Shown here one piece after another: positions 22,201 through 29,190 of a stretch of 64,000 nucleotides of DNA. Numbering within the stretch: the first letter of the stretch is position 1; each line of letters starts with the position of its first letter. The position numbers and the translations under genes are program-made. The DNA comes from Schmidtea polychroa (Eukaryota), in contig CM097886.1 in assembly GCA_044892525.1 (NCBI GenBank), positions 104,904,001-104,968,000 on the forward strand, read 5' to 3'. The notes beneath the pieces were generated by a model. The model saw only the letters and a program-made list of their open reading frames with translations. It had not been told where the DNA came from and ran no database searches.

Positions 22201-25200
22201 TACTATATCTAGTTTATTCGGAGATGCTTGTCTGCATTCCTCTATATCTCTCAGGGAGTATTTTTCTCTTAATACCGAATTGTCACAGTCGTAGATTGTA
22301 AATCCAGCTGCTCCGCTGGTACAGAGCATCCATATCATCATGGTCATCATTAGTGAATTAATCGACGCTTTTCTGCTGGCTGGGTCCTTTAATGGCAATT
22401 CCCATTCTAGCTCGTTTAATAATTTTTTCAACCTGATTTGCATTGATCTCTCTTGCTCGTTTTTTCGTGGTGCTTGTATGAGTCTTTTCCACCCTCCGGC
22501 ATGGATAATATGTGGTTCGATTGTACTTTCAATGATTGTAACTGTCATTTCTACATGATTTGCGAATTGTTTGTTAGGTATTTTTCTCGCTGCTAATCCC
22601 ATCAAATTGTACATTAGATACGTTAACACTACTAAATGATGTTCGTCGTCGTTTGCGTTTAGAGTTAATTGTTCGATTACTCTTCTTGTCTCTTCCCAAT
22701 CGGTTTTAGTGGTTTTTGTCTTTTCTTTGATTAATTTTGGAATTATTCCGGATATTGTATTCCATAGCTGTCTGGCATGCACGCTTGCTACTTTTCGTTG
22801 CCATAACCGTCTCAATTGCGGGTTTGTTATTATTAACATATCTTTTACCAGCTCCCGTATCCATTTTTCACCTCTCTCGATTGTTGGTTGAGCCTCTTTT
22901 AGATCCCACACTATTTTATCCAATTTCTCTAATCTGACTTGTCCTTGTTCTTGTTTCAACTGTTCTCTGGTTTTGAATTCTGGTTTTTCTCCTTGCTTCT
23001 TGGGCCTCCCTTTTGCCCGTTTTTCCATCATTGTTCCAGCTTCTCTTGTCTTTTCGTAATTCGGGTTTCTCTCGTTATCTGTTCTTGGCAATGAGCTATC
23101 GTTGTTTCTCAGCCACTCATTCCATTCGTCTATTATTTTGTCTGTTTGACCTTCCGGTGTTACTCTTGTTGGTCCGTTTTGTTTTTGGAATTGTTCGTCG
23201 GTTTCGGTTTCTGTCGTATTATCGATAATTTCCTCAATACTCAACTTACCCGGTTGTTGATAACTAGTTGACGGCTGGCTTGTTGTCCAAATCTCTGCCC
23301 CTGTCGGCCATCTCACTAGTATTGGCGATCTTTCTCCCGCTCCTTCATCGCTGTCTTCCAATATGATCTCTTCGATTTCTTCAGTTTCGTTCGATTTACT
23401 CGCCGCTTTGTCAGGGCTTGGTGTACTCAAGCTACCTTTCGTAGGTTTATCGGATTTACTTTTCTTTTTGATTGGTTTTCCCAATGTTTCTGCCATTGTC
23501 AATACATTGATCTCCCCTAATCTCATGGGTGTTATTCCGACGTCTGCATTATCATCTAATGATTTTCCGAATAGTTGTAGGTGAAATGGAGTTTCGTAGG
23601 CCAATTTCTTTTTTAACTCTCTGATCTTTGTTGTTGGATGCACATCTATATCCTCGATGCTCTTGTCGGGATATTTGACTCGGATACGATATCTTTCTTG
23701 GGTATCTTGTGCCCATTCTTGATTTCTCCATTTTCTAATAATTTGTTCTAGCTGTTCTGGATACCATTCGTTATACTGTCGGTATTCTTCTATCGCCTTC
23801 GCCATCTCTCTTAGATTGTGGATATTTTCTGATGTCTTTAGTATGATGGTAGCTAATGCTACTACTTGTCGCTTTTGATTTTTTGCTCCCATTGCTAAGA
23901 TATCACCTAATTGTTTGTATCTTTCCTTCTCTTCTCGTTCTCTCGCTTCTTTTGCCTCTTCACCGTCTATGTCGGCGTATTCGCGTTCCTTCTTTCTCAT
24001 CGCATGAATATGCCTGATTTCGGTTTCACTTTCTGACGTAACATCCGTTTCGCTTGCGTTGTCCGATATCGATTCCATTTCGTCCTCTTCGTATTTTGGA
24101 GGTTCATCTTCCTCTTCTGCTGATTCACTTCCTATCTCGCCAATGTCTGTTTCTACGAAAATCCCTTTCCTGATTTCCCATTCTTTGTTTTCCGCATTCC
24201 ACATCCTTTCCCATGGAGTTCGTCTGCAAGATCTGGTACTCAGTTTCTTTATTTTTCCTTGAAGCTCTTTTTCCTTTAGCCATTGTTGATGAATTTCAAT
24301 TATCTCCACTGATTTTTGGTATAGCGTTTTCATCCTGTCTCTTATCTCTTTCTGGTATGTTACATCTCTTGTTCGAAATTCGTCCATGGGCAATATTCTA
24401 ATGATTTGATGATTATCCCACATTCCCATTTCACTTAACGAGGTATCGTCTTCAGCCCGTAGTATTATTTTATCGTACATCATGACTACGTCATCTATCA
24501 TACCATCGCTGCTCTCGCTTCGAACTTTTTCCGTTATTTCTTGGTTTATCTTTGATACTAAATCGTCCACCGTATTCTGGTTGCTCATTTTTATTCGTCG
24601 TTTCTCCTCGTTTGGTAACCATATGGTTATTTCCAATTTCTGCGGTTGCGTTTCTTTTAATCTTCCGTATTTGTGGATCAAATTTATGGTTCTCCAATCA
24701 CTCATTCGGAGTAATTCTGTATCTCGCAGTCGGCTCATTAGTTCATGCATGTCGGGAGTTCGTCTTGTTATGAGCAAATCCCAGTTATCTTCAACTTGTT
24801 CTTGGATTTGTTTGATTAATTTATCTAGATTTCGTCTTAGAGTGCATTGTTTTAGTTGCTCCAACTTCAGCTTGATATTAAAGTCATACTCGGCCTTGGC
24901 GTCTTTAGCCCATTCGTGAATATTTGCTGGTTGCTTCTCTTTATGCAACTTCAATATTTGAGTTTCTCCTGGCCAGATCAATGCATCTATTAGGTGCATG
25001 TCTGGTTTGATCTGTTCTCCTTGATATTGATACAGGTATTCTTTCTTTCTCGAGCTGCCCAAATGTTCTCTTATCCAATCGAAAAGCTCGTCTGTAACTG
25101 CATTTTTTATCCATATTCTCTCGAGTCCTTTACTCGTTCCGATTTTTATTACATAGCGTGTTGTCTCTGCTTGTTTCATTTTTTCCATGTACTTCTTTAT

Positions 25201-27159
25201 TATCCTCTTTTCCTCGTTTGGTATTAGATCTTTTTCGTTTCTTTCTAGTTTCATTATCTTTTGTATGAAGCGTCTGTATGGTATAATGTCAATGAAATCC
25301 TGGTTTCTTACTACCACTGGAAGTATTTCTTTTACTTGTTTTATCGCTTCTTCTCTTTCTTTTCTCAATTTCATCTCGATATTCTCATCTTCACTTTCGC
25401 TTGTCACATCGCTTTCACTCTCATCTTCATCTGCTCCGATCTTTTCTCTTAGTTGGTCGATGTTTTCATTTAACTGTAACATTTCTCCACCAAGGCTACT
25501 CACATAATCCTCATCGTCATCTGTTGACAACACCTTCTTTGTTGTCCTCATCATATTAATTCGCAAATTTCTCATTCTTGGTACTTTCCTTAGCTTTTTG
25601 TTCTCGAATATCGTTAGCTCCTCTGAGTCTAATTCTTGTATCATATCATGATTTAGATGATTAATCTGTTTTTCCTTTTTGTTATTTTCTGCTTCTGCTT
25701 CTGGTTTTGATTTCTCATTTTCCCTTTCGATTTTATCTTTTATCTTTTTCCAGAATATTTTCTGAATTCTCTGATTTCCTTTTAGCGGTGTTGTTGGAGT
25801 TTCTTGGTTAGCTGTTGTAATCGTTTCTTTCGGTTTCTCTGGTTCGCTCACAGGTACAACTCTTGGATTTTTACCGTAATTGTAACAATATTGCTCTTTT
25901 ATCTCTTTTACCATTCTCATCATATTTATTCGTAATGGTTGTTCTTGTCGCTGCTGAATTCGTTCTCTTTTTATTCTCTCTTCTTCAGCTTGTAGTCTCT
26001 GCCATTCTTGTGCATGTTGTTGCACTTCATAATTGTTAAGATTCTCGGTACTCCTCATCATGCGTATGTTCTGGGTTTGTTGTGGTACTTGTTCTTGTCT
26101 CGGTCTCATCATTTGTTGCATCATCTGCTTCATTTGTGAAATTTCTTGCATCACATTCATTTGCTTTCCCTCACTGGGGTTACTTTGTCGTTGCGGATTT
26201 GGTGCATAATTATTATTTCGTTGTGGTGGTCGTTGTTGTTGGCCCCTTTCGCGACAGTCTCTTGAGATGTGACCTGGTTGACCACAGTTAAAACATCCTC
26301 TCAATTGACATATATTTTCCGTGTGTCCTCGTCGTCCACACCTATTGCAATTGGCGTTTCTATAACAGTCTCTATCCCAATGCCCTGGTTTACCGCATGT
26401 TCGGCATTGTTTGTTATCGTTCGTATTTCGTCGATTATTAAAGTTGTTCCCATTGTTCGAGTTGTTGCGTTCACTGTTATTTCCATTTGATCGTCCTTGT
26501 GGTGGTTTGAAAATTTGATGCGCACCGGGTATAAACTGATTCATTTTTGGTTCATGATTGTTGTTCTCTCCATTTTCAGTTTTTACCGTTGCTGTTGCGA
26601 TTCTTCCCTCCTCTTGCATGACATTCATTTGTGCCGGGAGGTGAAGTTCGCATCTCGTGGCCCAATCTATGGCCTCCTCTAGTGTTTTACACATTTGACA
26701 TCCCACCGAGGCTCTTACCTCCTCTCGGCGTAGTCCTTCTATGAAATAACCAATTAAATTTTCCTCCGGCAAGTTTCCGTTCATGGCCTTCTTTGCCAAT
26801 CTTCGCAATTCGCTTGCGTATAACGTTATTGATTCATTTGCTCTTTGTTTTCTACTCGCTAATTCTCCTAGGGCTTGATTTATTGGTTTGCTGGCTCCGA
26901 AAGTTTTTCTCAAAAATGTTTTGATGTTTTCCCAATTGTCCAGCTTCGTATTTCTTTCTTTAGCTTCTAAGTACACTTCTAATGCGCTATCGCATAAAAA
27001 CAACGGCATCCGTTTACTAATTGCTTCGGACGTCCATCCACACACATCGATATAGACTTCAAAATTGGTTATGAACGTTGCCAACTTGTTCGCATTCCCG
27101 TTGAATGGCTCGCCTCTAAATTTTTCTTTATACTCGTCGGTTTTTACCCCATTCGTCAT
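13285..27159 (-). CDS. 4,624-aa Gag-Ubl-Bcl2-Env-PR-RT-RH-IN-ankyrin-membrane polyprotein
   Basis: One uninterrupted ORF with all catalytic motifs intact: DTG, YIDD, RNase H DAS...E...D, and integrase HHCC and D,D35E. Confidence 0.97.
   Translation of the reverse strand: [4624 protein letters not shown]
13430..14290 (-). other. C-terminal membrane module: second signal-like segment, FN3-like ectodomain, TM anchor
   Basis: [34 protein letters not shown] resembles FN3 strand F; [19 protein letters not shown] followed by KIIKDRR. Confidence 0.55.
14960..16290 (-). other. Two clusters of ankyrin repeats
   Basis: [18 protein letters not shown]...[40 protein letters not shown]. Confidence 0.85.
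16600..17700 (-). other. int: Integrase (HHCC, DDE core, GPY/F)
   Basis: H....GGH...C..[37 protein letters not shown]. Confidence 0.96.
17915..18290 (-). other. RNase H domain
   Basis: [33 protein letters not shown] and NANADCMSR. Confidence 0.95.
18400..19170 (-). other. rt: Reverse transcriptase domain (Ty3/Gypsy)
   Basis: [51 protein letters not shown] and YIDD (18694-18705). Confidence 0.97.
19640..19975 (-). other. pro: Aspartic protease domain
   Basis: [19 protein letters not shown] (DTG at 19915-19923) and the IIGTD motif. Confidence 0.95.
20460..22355 (-). other. env: Env: internal signal peptide + class III (chuvirus G / herpes gB-like) fusion glycoprotein + TM
   Basis: [23 protein letters not shown]...YSL.DIEEC...C.I.....YYCG; later DC..NKEIL...LA....P......[39 protein letters not shown]. 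This Cys pattern is the one I recall for chuvirus-type glycoproteins. Confidence 0.8.
22474..22870 (-). other. Bcl-2-like domain
   Basis: Helical region ending [14 protein letters not shown], which resembles the BH2 consensus L..WI...GGW. BH1 is degenerate. Confidence 0.6.
23494..25160 (-). other. Three ubiquitin-like (beta-grasp) domains: ~24940-25160, ~24388-24640, ~23494-23695
   Basis: Each ~70-85 aa shows the beta-beta-alpha pattern (I.V.....T..I.V....T...L...I), then an L.Y/F.G..L.D...L motif and a terminal I.L strand. Confidence 0.55.
26255..27159 (-). other. gag: Gag domain: capsid-like region and three CCHC zinc knuckles (26255-26406)
   Basis: [28 protein letters not shown] and [14 protein letters not shown]. 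The upstream region has retrotransposon-gag-like [18 protein letters not shown]. Confidence 0.92.
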
Positions 27160-28376
27160 GATTGGTTCTTGAAACGTTATTATTTCTTTTAAATTTTCCA
27201 GCGATGTAGCTAAACTATGGACGGATAATTCTTCTGTTGACCCGGTTAGATTGTTTGTTATATCGGATAGGCTTTCTCTGCTTCTGGATCGACTGGGCGT
27301 ATGTCCGGCTGTGGGGTTTTCTTGATCGTATATCGGTGTTTTGTGGGGTCTTTTTGCTCCTTGTGATATTCCTCTCTGATGTCTAAATGATCGTCCTCTT
27401 TTGAGTTGGTCTAATTCGTCTCCTGAAAATAATACGTCTCCTGGCTTACTTGAAGATCTAAGGTTGGGTTTATCCGTGTTTCTTTCTTACTCTTTCCTGG
27501 CTTTTCACGTGGATTTTCTACGGTTAGCGTCTGCTGAATTGGTCGAGTTCGGTTCTGATATTGTTTTCCTTTGTGCGGGTTCTGAATTGCTTTTCCTGGG
27601 TTGTTTGTATATTCTCTGGATTCCTTTTGAGCTGGTTCTGAATTGACTTGGTTGGATTGATGTCTACAATGAAAAAATGATATCGTGTTGCATTTGCTTA
27701 CACGAATCAATCATTCCTTTTTACCACATTCAAGCACAGACACCGTTTTTGGGCCTCTGTTATGCTTCTCTTCCTTTCCCCTTACAATTCTTCGTGGAGT
27801 ATAATTACCCATCAACCCATATTTTTCGTCGATTTTAAATTATCTATTTGGGGTAGTAACAATTATCTATATAGTCGCATAAATTATCTATAGTTATCAT
27901 TTATAATATCGATAGGTCGTTGTCAGTTACTGCTTATTACCCCCCATATTTTCCTTAATCCTTTTACGCGGTTCCGCTTATTCAGTTAATCCTTTATCTC
28001 TATTCCCCTTATTTGGTTCTACTCTGTAACCAAAACAAAATTCGTTTAACCGGTTTAAACCAAAAAAATTCTGTAGAACTTTGTCTACCTATCTGGGATC
28101 CCCTTTAATTAATTAATTATTTCCTCTTTGGTTCATCATCTATTCATACTTATTCTTTGTTTCTATTATTCCTAATTCATTTTCCTTTTCCGTTTCTCCT
28201 TCTTCACTAGAAGAATTTTACTATCATCTTTTACGAGCTCGTTTAATCCTTTCTAAATTCAAATTCCATATTTCAAACTCAATTTGCTTCTAGCTAGCTT
28301 TAATATTCTATCTCACTAGTAATTTAAATGTTATCAACTTGTAGCTTAAATGCTATCTCACTATTACTTTAGGCCT

Positions 28377-28592
28377 TTACGACTGGCTGGCACTTTTCAA
28401 CAGCTCAATCTTCATTATCTTGACCGGTTGGACTATTCAACAACTCGATCTTACGACTGGCTGGCACTATTCAACAGCTCAATCTTCTTCTCCTGACCGG
28501 TTGGAGTATTCAACAACTCGATCTTACGACTGGCTGGCACTATTCAACAGCTCAATCTTCTTCTTTTGACCGGTTGGACTATTCAACAACTC
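28377..28592. repeat. 3 x 73-74-bp tandem repeat in the 5' leader, each built from two ~37-bp subunits
   Basis: Units start TTACGACTGGCTGGCAC at 28377, 28451 and 28524. Confidence 0.9.
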
Positions 28593-29190
28593 GGCCTTAA
28601 TATCTCCGACTATGCATGCTTCTACTACTTTCTCCCCTTTTATTCTAACCTACCATTTTCTCAAATTTTACCTTTTACTTTGTCGACCTAATCTTTACCG
28701 CTTTGGAATGTTTCCCCTTTCCCCCCTTGCTCAAAACGCAAAACGATCGCATTGATCCATTTCTACATTGGTATGGTGATCAGCCATACCGCAGAAACTT
28801 TTCAATATTCGCGATGGTACCTCGCCTTACATCCCTTACTCGGGGTGATCGGTTGTCCCTTCCCAAACGGTTCCAATATCGTACCTCCCGAAGGTGGCTC
28901 GGTTTATTCCCCCTTTAACCCTATGATGGGACTAGTTCCACTTTAAATAATCAATTTAAATTTTTAAAATGCCCTTTCTTCATGGTGAAAATTATAACAA
29001 CACAAATCAATTTATAACCTCGTATAATGAAATGAATACACAAAAAGGATTTATTAGTTATTTACTCCACATTACAGATAATATATGCTATCATTATAAA
29101 CATTACCGAATTAAATCAGAACAAAAATATCAAAATGTTTAGTCTAATTGTTAATCATCCAATTTCCTTCACCGAGCAACGATCGCGTGC

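Noticed and set aside
13424-26682. Dozens of + strand ORFs (60-180 aa, F/S/L/I-rich) opposite the polyprotein
   Set aside because: Antisense shadows of a purine-rich coding strand; no motifs.
28377-28592. CRISPR-like regular repeats
   Set aside because: Intervening sequences are also repeated (no unique spacers), there are no cas genes, and the context is eukaryotic.
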